NCBI GenBank assembly: GCA_964016885.1
Contig: OZ024757.1
Coordinates: 30,194,001-30,258,000 of the forward strand
Direction: 5' to 3'
Length of the DNA stretch: 64,000 nt
DNA from: Eledone cirrhosa
Taxonomy: Eukaryota
A model generated the notes under the pieces. The model made no database searches. It saw nothing but the letters and a program-made list of their open reading frames with translations, and was not told where the DNA came from. Below, piece after piece: positions 36,556 through 48,360 of this stretch. How positions within the stretch are numbered: the first letter of the stretch is position 1; the number at the start of each line of letters is the position of its first letter. The translations under genes were made by a program, and so were the position numbers.

Positions 36556-38397
36556 AGAATGATGCCGGTGTACTTAGTGTCACGAATGATCAGAAGAGGG
36601 AGGCCTGGAAATGTCATTATGAGAGACTGATGAATGTAGAGAACGAATGGGAGAGAGAGAAATTACCCTCAGTAGATCCGACAGATTGACCAGCTATTGA
36701 GATTGACGAATATAGGGTCCAAGAGGCGATAAAGGAAATGAAAAATGGTAAGGCTGCTGGACCATCGGGGATAGTTGCTGAGATGCTGAAGGCATCAGGG
36801 TACGTAAGGCACTAAACTGGTTGCACGCATCATAAATCAGGCTATATATGGTCGTGTCATACCCAAAGAGTATTCTCATAAATTGTGTCATACCCAGCAG
36901 TATTCTCATAAATTGCTACAAAGGTAAAGGGGATGCTCTGGAGAGGAGCAATTATAGGGGTGTAAAACTGGTGGATCAGGTTATGAAAGTGGCAGAAAGA
37001 ATATTAGCACAACTAATTAGAGAACGGGTTAAACTAGATGAGATGCAGTTTGGTTTTGTGCCTGGGAAAAGTACAACAGATGCCCTCTTCTTGGTGAGAC
37101 AATTACAAAAGAGGTTCTTAGAGAAGAATAAGCCACTATACTTAGCCTTTGTTGACCTAGAGAAGGCCTTTGATAGGGTACCCCAATCTGTCATCTGGTG
37201 GTCCCTAAGGAAACTAGTCTGTTGAGGAATGGCTTGTGAGGACAGTGCAAACTTTGTACAGAAGTACTGTCAGTAAAGTCAGGGTAGGATTGGAGTTTAG
37301 TGAGGAATTCCAGATACAAGTAGGAGTACATCAAGGTTCGGTCCTCAGCCCGCTCTTGTTCATTATAGTCCTCCAAGCCATAACAGAGGAGTTTAAGACT
37401 GGCTGTCCATGGGAACTTCTCTATGTTGATGATCTGGTTCTTATAACAGAAACAGTAGAGGAGCTAGAGAATAAATTCTGGCTATGGAAACAGCAGTTGG
37501 AAACAAGAGGACTGAGAGTGAACCTATCTAAGACAAAAGTGTTGATTAGTAGAAAAGAGGACAAAACTCTGATTCCGTCAGGGAAATGGCCATGTTCGAT
37601 ATGCAGAAAAGGAACTGGCATAAATTCTATAAAAAGCACACAATGCAGATCCTGGGTACACAAGAGATGTAGCAGGATAGCAGGCAAACTAACAGGTAGG
37701 AAGAAATACGTATGCCATAGATGTACAGGGAAATTAGACAGTAGAAGTCACATTGATAGACACATTTTTCAAATGCAGGCAGGTGCTATAGAAGGGGTGG
37801 ATAGCTTCCGGTACCTAGGAGATCAGATTAGCATGGGAGGAGGGTGTTCCGAGGCTATAGTATCTAGAATAAGGACGGGTTGGAAGAAGTTTAGGGAGCT
37901 GCTTCCTCTGCTGACGAAGAAGGGTTTCTCCCTGCGTACGAAAGGCCGGTTATATGATGCCTGTGTGAGGAGTGCGATGCTGCATGGTAGTGAGACATGT
38001 GCATCAACTGCAGAGGATATGCGACGGCTGGAGAGAAATGAGGTAAGCATGCTCCATTGAATGTGCAGTGTCAATGTGCGTCAACGACCCAGCATGAATG
38101 TTGAGAGAGAAACTGTGTCTGAGAGGGATAGAATGTAGTGTACGGGAGAGGAGACTGAGGTGGTATGGACATGTGATGCGCATGGAGAATGACTGATGGG
38201 TGAAGAAGTGCCAGGAAATGCCAGTTGAAGGAAGACGTGGTAGAGGTAGACCACGAAAAACATGGGAGGAGGTGGTGAGAACAGACCTCAGATCGCTGAA
38301 GCTGACGGTGGAGATGACGAAGGACCGTGACGAGTGGAGAGATGCTGTGCTGAATAAGACCCGTCCCACCCTTGCAAGCAGGGAAGAGCGGATGTAA
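36556..38397 (+). mobile_element. RTE LINE subfamily A, copy 3
   Basis: ORF 37236..38060 with YVDD. Confidence 0.95.
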
Positions 38398-40546
38398 AAG
38401 AGAGTTTTTTGAGTGATGCCAAACTGTATCTGCCTTTGTCTCTCCCTTGAACAACATGGGTGCCAGAGGAGACTGATATGCGTGAGCGACTGCTGGTCTT
38501 CCACAAATATACTGTCCCCGGTCTTGTGCCGCGGAGGGAAACTCTCTAGGTGTAAGTCCCATGGTCATTTGTGACCGAAGGTGGTCTTTGTTCCTATCTG
38601 AAACGAGTTAATTACACAACATCGTATTTATAACACTTCTACTATGGATATTTGAGTCGGTAGAACACTCTACAACTACCGGGGAGATTAGCAATGTGTA
38701 ATCTATCTTTATAAGTAACGGTAATACTAAGAAACAGGCCGGGAGGGGGTAGAAATGGTGCAAAATTTTATTTTGATCGGATAAATTTAATGGTCAAGGG
38801 GAGATAATTTCAAAGAGAGAAAGAGCGAGTAAGAGAGATAAAGAGAGTGTGGGGAGAGAAACGAAGGTTTGCACACACGCATATATAAAGCCTGAACATA
38901 TTATTTCCGATTTCACCATCATTAAAATATGTTTAAAATTTGCGACACAACACGAAGTCATTATTTCGTCGCTCTACAAGTTAAAAATACCTTCAATAAA
39001 CTAAACAAATTAATAAAATCAAGTTCACAAACACCAATGTATTCGCCCGATCACAACTATGTAGAGGTTGTTGTTTAGCCCTAGGTCAGGTCTGGAGGAA
39101 CAAAACAATAATTGAAAGACGGTCCATTCTTGACCAACCTGGCTTTCTGTCTTTCTGAATTTTTTTTTTCTTTTGTATCGCAGAATACATGCCACGGTGT
39201 GTTCTTTCGTTTCTTAAAGAGGGTGAGATGTTAGTTTTGAACCTGAACACTGTACACAATAATTTTCATTATATTATAGTTAATAAATTATATTACTGAC
39301 CTCCCAGACAAGACGCAGAGGTCTGCATCTTACTTATATATGGTCATACGTTCTATCAATTGCAGCAAAGAAGTTGTCTTTTGACACAAACTGAAGGGTC
39401 CTCCCAAATCCCTTGTTTGGCAAGCTTTTTACAGCTGGATGCCTTTCCCAACACCAATCACTTTACTCCGTGTACTGGATGCTTTATTGTGTAGATCACC
39501 AACACTAGGGAGATTGTTGTGTCTTTGACACAACTAAAGGATCCTCTCAACCCTTTTAGACATGGTTTCTACAGTGGAGTGCCATTCCTGTCGCCACTTA
39601 GTTTCAGTACATCTAATTCAACTAATGTTTATGTTATTTCAATTTAGTTCAAGAGGAAAAAATTGAGTCTAAGAAAGCATTATTAAATATTGTACATCTT
39701 CAGAAGCACTGTAAATGACTATACAATTACATGGGACTCAGCAAGCCCAAAGAAAGGTTGGAGGACCACATCTTATAGAGTTACTGAAGATGTACAATAT
39801 TGCTTTGTTTTACTCAATAATTTTCCTCTTGATTTCCAACATACACTTCTAGGTTTACTGTCAAGTGCTACATGGCTGGAATGACTATCAATGCTGCTAA
39901 AACTGAGACACTCATCCTCTCAAGGAAGCGTGCACAATGCACTCCATTTGTGAGTGGAGTTCCACTGAAGCCAGTGGAGGAGTTCATGTATCTTGGGGTT
40001 GTATTCATGAGTGATGGAGGCAGGAAGCTGAATTAAGTGCAAGAATTGTAGGAGCTGGTGCAGTAATGCGCCAGCTTCATCATTCGGTCATCAGAAGAAA
40101 GGAGGTAGCTGTATAATCCAAACTCACTACCTTCAATTTGGTATTCATGCCAACCTTTACCTATGGTCATGAATCTTGGGTAATGACCGACAGAAGTGAA
40201 TCGTGGATACAAACAGCTGAAATGGGGTTCCTCTGAAGAAGTGCATGGCTTGGCGATCAGGGAGTCACTGCAGGTAGAGTCACAGCTCTGATACTACAGA
40301 GATGTGGTCAAAATGTATCAGGAAAGAATTGCTGGACAGATTTGTGGGGCAAAACCAGCCAGCAGGTGACCCAGGAGTAGACTCCAAGTCAGCTAGTTTG
40401 ATAACATTCATAAGCTCAGATGGGGATCCAGCCAGATCAATTAGAAACAGTTACGTCTAGACATGAGGCTCTGGAAGGCGTGTTTGAGAACTCCAAGCAT
40501 GACCCTTCCAAGAAGAAGAAGTTGTATGATTGTATGTATATTGATA

Positions 40547-42348
40547 GGGGGCCATACCAAAAGATTGGTGCAGTAGCATCATTGTCAACTGCTACAAAGG
40601 TAAAGGCGATGCACTAGATAGAGGAAACTATAGAGGTATAAAGTTGATGGACCAGGTCATGAAAGTAACAGAAAGAGTTATAGCACAGCTGATTAGGGAC
40701 CGGGTGAATATAGACGAGATGCAATTTGGGTTTGTACCAGGGAAAGGCACCACTGATGCGCTCTTCCTTGTGAGGCAATTACAGGAAAAGTACCTAGCTA
40801 AAAGTAAGCCACTCTACTTGGCATTTGTCGACCTTGAGAAAGCCTTTGACAGAGTTCCACGTGCAGTAATCTGGTGGGCTCTTAGAAAACTAGGAGTAGA
40901 TGAATGGCTTGTGAAAGCGGTACAAGCCATGTATAGGGGAGCAGTCAGCAAAGTTAGGATTGGCAATGAGTATAGCGAGGAATTTAGCGTACAGGTTGGG
41001 GTCCACCAGGGCTCTGTTCTTAGCCCTCTCCTGTTCATCATAGTCCTGCAGGCAATAACGGAGGAGTTTAAGACCGGATGCCCATGGGAACTCCTGTATC
41101 CTGATGACCTCGCACTCATAGCTGAATCTATGGTAGAACTAGAGAATAAATTCCAAACCTGGAAGCAGGGACTAGAGAGAAAGGGCCTCAAAGTCAACAT
41201 GACAAAGACTAAGGTCCTTATAAGTAGACGAGAAAACAGAACCCAGATCCCCTCAGGGAAATGGCCTTGCTCAGTATGTAGGAAAGGTGTAGGTAGGAAC
41301 TCCATTCTTTGCCCCAAATGCAAACAATGGGTACACAAGAGATGTAGCGGGATCTCAGGAAGCTTAATTAAGAATGTAGGATTCACATGCAGCAGCTGTA
41401 CTGAAACAGCAAGCAAACAGCCACAGGAAACAAGTACCACCAATCTCTGGGAGGGCCCTGTAGAAACAGTAGACAGCTTCTGCTACCTAGGTGACCGAAT
41501 TAGCAACGGAGGTGGGTGCTCAGAAAGTACAATAACTAGGGTAAGAACGGGATGGAAGAAGTTTAGGGAACTACTACCACTGCTAGCTGCAAAAGGCTTC
41601 TCCCTCAGAATGAAAGGCAGACTGTATGATGCGTGTATCCGAACAGCGATGTTGCATGGTAGTGAGACCTGGGCGCTGAAGGTGGAAGACTTACGTAGAT
41701 TAGAGAGAAACGAAGCCTGCATGCTCCGATGGATGTGTAACAGTAATATACGTGAACGACAAAGCATAAATGAATTGAGAGAGAGACTGAGCATAAGAGG
41801 AATCAAATGCTGCGTGCAGGAGAGGCGGTTACGCTGGTATGGACATGTGATGCGTATGAAGGATGACAGCTGCATAAAAAGGTGCAGAGCACTAGAAGTT
41901 GATGGAAACCGCGGAGTGGGGAGACCCAAGATGACTTGGGATGAGGTGATAAAAGCCGACCTTACCCAACTACACCTCTCAAAGTCAATGACACACGACC
42001 GTGACTTCTGGCGTCACGCAGTAATACAGGGTACCCGACCTCCCATGGGTACATGCTGAAGCATATAAACAATATGCCCCCCCCCCCCCACCGCAAGGTG
42101 GTCGTGGAGGTGCCACGGCAAAAAGCACCCAGCCCACACTGTAAAGTGGACGTGTAGGCGCCACGAAAAAGCACCCAGCACTCACTGTAAATGAGGTTGG
42201 TGTTAGGAAGGGCATCCAGCTGTAGAAATCAAGCCAGATCAGTTCCTGTATGAGCAAGGCATGGTCAGCCGACCAGACACTGCCCACAACAGGACAACCC
42301 GTCTAACCCATGCTAGCGTGGAAGAACGGACGTAAAACGGTGATGATG
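40547..42348 (+). mobile_element. young 5'-truncated RTE LINE of a distinct subfamily, inserted only in unit 3
   Basis: Uninterrupted frame 40548-42059, (GAT)n tail, empty sites at ~17806 and ~29167. Confidence 0.97.
40548..42059 (+). CDS. C-terminal ~500 aa of LINE ORF2: reverse transcriptase (YPDD) with internal PHD-like finger
   Basis: PKDW..NYRGIKL..QFGF..DLEKAFD..GVHQGSVLSP..YPDD..C4HC3..FCYLG..RLRWYGHVMR; no start codon because of 5' truncation. Confidence 0.85.
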   Translation, partial: GAIPKDWCSSIIVNCYKGKGDALDRGNYRGIKLMDQVMKVTERVIAQLIRDRVNIDEMQFGFVPGKGTTDALFLVRQLQEKYLAKSKPLYLAFVDLEKAFDRVPRAVIWWALRKLGVDEWLVKAVQAMYRGAVSKVRIGNEYSEEFSVQVGVHQGSVLSPLLFIIVLQAITEEFKTGCPWELLYPDDLALIAESMVELENKFQTWKQGLERKGLKVNMTKTKVLISRRENRTQIPSGKWPCSVCRKGVGRNSILCPKCKQWVHKRCSGISGSLIKNVGFTCSSCTETASKQPQETSTTNLWEGPVETVDSFCYLGDRISNGGGCSESTITRVRTGWKKFRELLPLLAAKGFSLRMKGRLYDACIRTAMLHGSETWALKVEDLRRLERNEACMLRWMCNSNIRERQSINELRERLSIRGIKCCVQERRLRWYGHVMRMKDDSCIKRCRALEVDGNRGVGRPKMTWDEVIKADLTQLHLSKSMTHDRDFWRHAVIQGTRPPMGTC

Positions 42349-43233
42349 ATATTTCTTGCAATCGAAAGGTTGTGAGTTCAATTCTCAGACCGGATGATGT
42401 GTTGTTTCCTTGAGCAAGACACTTTATTTCACATTGCTCCAGTTTACTCTGCTGTAGAAATGAGATGATAGGGACTGGGGTCCCTATCATTCTACTGCAA
42501 AGTGGTCGTGTAGGTGCCACGGCAAAAAAGCGCGCAGCACTCACTGTAAATGAGGTTGGTGTTAGGAAGGGCATCCAGCTGTAGAAATCAGGCCAGAATC
42601 AGTTCCCTTCCCACCCTTGCAAGCAGGGAAAAGCGGACGTAAAATGATGATGATGATGATATTTATATATACGTATATATTTATATATTCATCTACATAT
42701 TCATATATAATTATTTATATATACGTATATGTTTAATTATCAATATACGAAGAAGATTCAAATTCTTTTAAAATGTAGAAATCTCAAGTGCAGGAAATAA
42801 CTGTAACAGCAATCAATTGTTATTTTTAAAAATAGCTTAGAAAAAAAAATGGCCAGCAACTTCTACCAAGAAACGAACTCAGAACACTATGTAACAAAAT
42901 TGAACTAAACTAGCTTACATATAGATTTATATGTATAGATACACACATATGAACACACATACACATACACACGCAGTCCCAATTCATTTTGGCGGGAATT
43001 TTACAAACAGGTTGCCATAGTGTTCAGGTCAACGGTTCAGTAACAGATATGGCAAAACACAATAGCCCTCTGGGTAATGTACACAATTTATTTTAATTTA
43101 ATTTTAGGAATTAATGTATTCGCAATTATTTCTGCATATGACTGTTATTGTTTTTCATTCAAAACAAATTACTTGAAATGTCAAAAATCTAAGGAAAGTT
43201 TCATGTTTGATGTCGCCATGGTTAAAGCCGAAG

Positions 43234-43287
43234 ATGGCGACCGGCGTTCTGAAGCTGGTTAGGAGCAGACGACATCTGACGATTCTC
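43234..43287 (+). CDS. candidate first coding exon, copy 3
   Basis: Identical to 18695-18748. Confidence 0.4.
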
Positions 43288-43429
43288 GTATATATATATA
43301 TATATATATATATTCTCAGTTATTGTTTATATATATATATAGTGGGTGTATGCATTCTTAGGAATAATATATATATATATTATTATTTATACAACTCTTC
43401 AGTAATTAAAATAAATATCTGATCTGTAT

Positions 43430-43461
<32 letters not shown>

Positions 43462-43509
43462 TATTATTATTCACCTCTTCAGTAATTAAAATAAATATCT
43501 GATCTGTAT

Positions 43510-43540
<31 letters not shown>

Positions 43541-43593
43541 CCATTGCTATATATATATATATCACATAAGAAACGGAGAATCAGTGTTGCGAC

Positions 43594-43701
43594 GAATAAA
43601 ATTTATTACAATTGTTTCTCTGGCGACCAGCTCGAGGCACGATCGATGTAATGATCGAACCTGACTCTGAAATCGCAAGGTCCTCAGATACGTCTCGATT
43701 C
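43594..43701 (-). ncRNA. hammerhead-like motif, copy 3
   Basis: Identical to 19003-19110. Confidence 0.6.
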
Positions 43702-46609
43702 TACCCTATACACATATATATATATATATAGGGTAGTGAACTTCGTAAAAATATTTCTATCTAAAGTTAACAGAACACGAAGTACGAGGGACGAGTTGTA
43801 ATGTAGAAAATTAGGTAAAATCCATTTAAATTCACAAATGTGGTGAATTTAACTTAATTTTGTATGTATATATATATTTATATATATGTGTGTGTGTGCA
43901 TACGTATAAAGCAACAAAGAAAGTCCACATGTGGTCGCACCACAGGCTAGAAGTAGCAACCAAATTTGTCTTTAAAATACATAGTACTGTCCTCAATAAA
44001 CAGAACTCACTAATGAATATAGAGACCTATAAAAAAAAAAAATAAGACAGAAATGCAAATAGGTATAATAATGTTTGAGTATTATAAATAGTTGAATAAA
44101 TCGAATAAAGTACCTCTGGGGACATGCAGTACATGATTAAGACATGTTCTGAAGCATGGACTATTTTAGGGCTCACTTTAAAGTTAACTAAGATCAAGGT
44201 GATGTACACTCCAGCACAAGGAGAACCTTATGTTGTGCCAAATATATATGTGAAGGTTCTTCAGAGTAATGTTACTCGATAGAGTGTGTAGCTCGAAGAT
44301 CAAAGAGTCATGCCAGGTAGAGCTGCTTCTTCTTTGAATTGAGAGATAATAGCTTCGATATGATGGGTATGTGGTTAGGAATCTCTCAGGAAAGAATCGT
44401 TGGACAGATTTTACAGGCAAAACCAACTGGCAGGAGACCCTAAGGTAGACCCCAAGCAAGATATTTGAAGGAATGTTTAAGGGCTCTACCCCCATGACCC
44501 TCTCAGGAATAAGTGAGCGAAGAAGAAGATGTATTGCATATCTACTTCTGAGTTCAAAACAAAGTCTGCATAATCAGCATACAAAAGTTCTCGAATTAAC
44601 ACATTGAATATCACAGATTTATTATTAAATCTTCTTAAATTAAAAACTTGCCCAGATGTTAGGAAACGCAGATTTATGCCTCGATTACAGTTGTGGAATG
44701 CATAAGAAAGGAAAGTGGCAAAGTATGTTGCAGATAGTGTTAGTGTCCACAGAAATTTGTCCTGAGAATTTTCCATTAAATACAACCCTGGCCTTTATGT
44801 CCTGATGTAGTTTGAAGATCTGTTAAAATTTCTGTGGACAGCCTAATTTACTAAGAATGATCCAAGAATCATCCATGCTGCTTGTTTTCAAAAGCCTAAG
44901 TCAATCTCATCTACCTCTGGTGCCTTGCCTGAATTTATTTGTGAGGTTGCCAGACTGATTTCTTCATAATGTAATAATGTGGTCCTTTTGAAAATAAACA
45001 CAATGCTTTTTACATCCCCCCCCCCCCCAAACTGAGGCCATCACCTTCATTACAGATGAAATGACCATGGCCTTCCTTGGAGCAAGTGAGGTGGGGTGTT
45101 TCTACTGCATGGATTATTTCTTTGTCTCTGCCTCAAAGTGATGAACCCAACGCTTATCCTGGGTTAGGAAAAGTTCAAGGACACCAACTGGATGTGTTTC
45201 AAACAAGGTCAGATTTTCCAATCATGAGATCAACCTGGTGTGCTTTTGATCTTGTGTCAGAAGACATGGCACCCACCGAGCAGAAACCTTTGTCATGCCA
45301 AGTTCATTGTGCAGAATAATCTCAACTCTCTCAGGGGATATGCTAGTAGGATTGTCTATTTGATTTATAGTCAATCGCCTGTCATCTATTACCATGTGGT
45401 GAACACGATCAATATTTTCCTAGGTGGTGGCAGTTGCATGAAGTCCAGACCTCAAGTCATCTTCAGGAGTTTCTCTTCCCCTCCTAAATTCAACTGCCCA
45501 CTTTCGTACTGTTGATAAAGCTAAAGTGTCATCCCCTGATGTAGCAACCATCTCAGCATGAATTTCCTTGGAAGCTAAACCCTTTTTCTGTGGGTACATG
45601 ATGCCAAATTTTGTCCATTTTCAAGACAAGTTGCTACCAGTTACATTTGAAGTCTTCTTTGAACAATCAGATGTCAGTTTACCTAAGAAAAGACTATGCA
45701 CTTATTAACAAGAGGAATTGAAATTAAAGTATGCAAGATTTCACAGCTTTAGCATAACTCCTTCATAGTCAATCTATGAACATTTCAGTCTACCCTCGTA
45801 TTTAAATGCGGGTGTGCAAGCTTTCACTGTGTTTCCCGAATTATTTCCCTTGGACTGTTAAAATTTTATTGAAGTGATATTTTCATCACCCAAGTTAATA
45901 TACACCATTTCTACACCCTTCAACCTGATTTCTCAGTTTTATTGCTATTTATATAGATAAAATACACATTACTAATCCCGCCGGCATTAGTCTAGTGCTC
46001 TCCCGACTCAAATATTTATAGTAGATACAATGTAATTAACCCGCTTCAGTTATATATTATTATATATATATACCCAATGAGACATATAGTTAAATATTTT
46101 CTTACTATGACTACCACGTCTCTTATTCTCTGAATCGATCACATTATCCTATCTTTCCTTCCTTTTGAAACAGTAGACTGTAACCTTTGGATTATTTGGC
46201 TGCTATTTTTAGCGGTGTGAATGTCCACATAAAGGTTTCCATCTTCGCCCATGGCTTTACATTATTATATTTTTAACATTAAAACTACTTTTAAATATTC
46301 ATAGTTCTACTTTTAATATAAAATTCAATAATTTTATGTATTAACATTTGGAAAATTTACAATATATTTATTTACTTCTATTTTAATTATTAATTATACC
46401 CTTGCAAGCAGGGAAAAAGCGGACTTAAAATGAAATGATGATGATGATGATGCAATTATTTAGTTTTGGTTTTCTCCACATCAATATTCTGTAGAGTAAA
46501 ATAGGAAAATGCTTTTAAATAAAGTTTTCTTCTCTAAAAATACAATATAAATAGCATTTGTGTTTACTGTTATAAACATTAACGATAGCTTTAAGAAATT
46601 TTTTTCCAA

Positions 46610-48102
46610 CCAGACAGAGAGTGACCTGGTGGTGGAACAGAACGGTAGATAGGGCCATTAGAGACAAAAGACTAGCATGGAAGGCTTGACAAAAGGGTGG
46701 GAATAGAGAAAGATATACAGCCGCTAAGAGAGAAGCTAGACGTCAGGTGTACTTAGCACGCAAGGAGGCTGAGAGTAGGAGGTTTGCCAAAGTTCTGCGA
46801 CGGGAAGATCAGAGACGTGTGGTGCTCTACATTGCAAGGCAGTGTGTCAATGCAAATCAGGATGTTGTAGCAGATAAATTTGTTCGGAATGATGCAAGTG
46901 TACTTAGTGTCACGAATGATCAGTAAAAGGAGGCCTGGAATTGTCATTATGAGAGACTGGTAAATGTTGAGAACGAATGGGAGAGAGAGAAATTACCCTC
47001 AGTAGATCTGACAGAGGTACCAGCTATTGAGATTGACGAATATAGGGTCCAAGAGGCGATTAAGGAAATGAAAAATGGTAAGGCTGCTGGACCATCGGGA
47101 TAGTTGCTGAGATGCTGAAGGCATCAGGGGACATACGCACTAAACTGGTTGCATGCATCATCAATCAGGCTATATATGATGGTGTCATACCCAAAGACTG
47201 GTGCAGCAGTATTCTCATAAATTGCTACAAAGGTAAAGGGGATGCTCCGGAGAGGAGCAATTATAGGCGTATAAAACTGATGGATCAGGTTATGAAAGTG
47301 GTAGAAAAGATATTAGCACAACTAATTAGAGAACGGGTTAAACTAGATGAGATGTAATTTGGTTTTGTGCCTGGGAAGAGTACAACAGATGCCCTCTTCA
47401 TGGTGAGACAATTACAAGAGAGGTTCTTAGAGAAGAATAAGCCACTATACTTAGCCTTTGTTGACCTAGAGAAGGCCTTTGATAGGGTACCCCGATCTGT
47501 CATCTGGTGGTCCCTAAGGAAACTAGGTGTTGAGGAATGGCTTGTGAGGACAGTGCAAACTTTGTACAGAGGTGCTGTCAGTAAAGTCAGAGTAGGAATG
47601 GAGTTTAGTGAGGAATTCCAGATACAAGTAGGAGTACATCAGAGTGCGGTCCTCAGCCCGCTCTTGTTCATTATAGTTCTCCAAACCATAACAGAGGAGT
47701 TTAAGATTGGCTGGCCATGGGAACTTCTCTCTGTTGACGATCTGGTTCTTATAGTAGAATCAGTAAGTAGAGGAGCTAGAGAATAAATTATGGAAACAGC
47801 AGTTGGAATCAAGAGGACTGAGAGTGACCCTTGCTAAGACAAAAGTGTTGGTGAGTAGAAAAGAGGACAAAACTGATTCCATCAGGGAAATGGCCATGTT
47901 CGATATGCAGAAAAGGAACTGGCATAAATTCTATAAAATGCACACAATGCAGATTGTGCGTACACAAGAGATGTAGTGGTATAGCAGGCAAACTAACGGG
48001 TAGGGAGAAATGCGTATGCAGTAGATGTACAGGGAAATTAGACAGTAGAATTCGCATTGCTAGACACATTTTTCAAATGCAGGTGGGTGCTATAGAAGTG
48101 GT
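46610..48102 (+). mobile_element. RTE LINE subfamily B, 5'- and 3'-truncated
   Basis: TWWWN...GKAAGP...RT; ends at gaagtggt|cata junction. Confidence 0.93.
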
Positions 48103-48360
48103 CATAATTCTACTTTTAATATAAAATTCAATAATTTTATGTATTAACATTTGGAAAATTTACAATATATTTATTTACTTCTATTTTAATTATTAATTAT
48201 ATGCAATTATTTAGTTTGGGTTTTCTCCACATCAATATTCTGTAGAGTAAAATAGGAAAATGCTTTTAAATAAAGTTTTCTTCTCTAAAAATACAATATA
48301 AATAGCATTTGTGTTTACTGTTATAAACATTAACGATAGCTTTAAGAAATTTTTTTCCAA

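Larger units (their letters stand above)
12005..46260. repeat. tandem segmental triplication, unit ~11.35-11.38 kb
   Basis: Near-identical ORFs recur at offsets 11361 (15460/26821), 11379 (26821/38200), 11340 (21587/32927) and 11365 (12193/23558). Confidence 0.97.

Noticed and set aside
40814-41929. Long minus-strand ORFs (209 and 148 aa; similar ones at 22661, 26457 and 34182)
   Set aside because: They are antisense shadows of the LINE frame with no recognisable domain, and their limits vary between copies.
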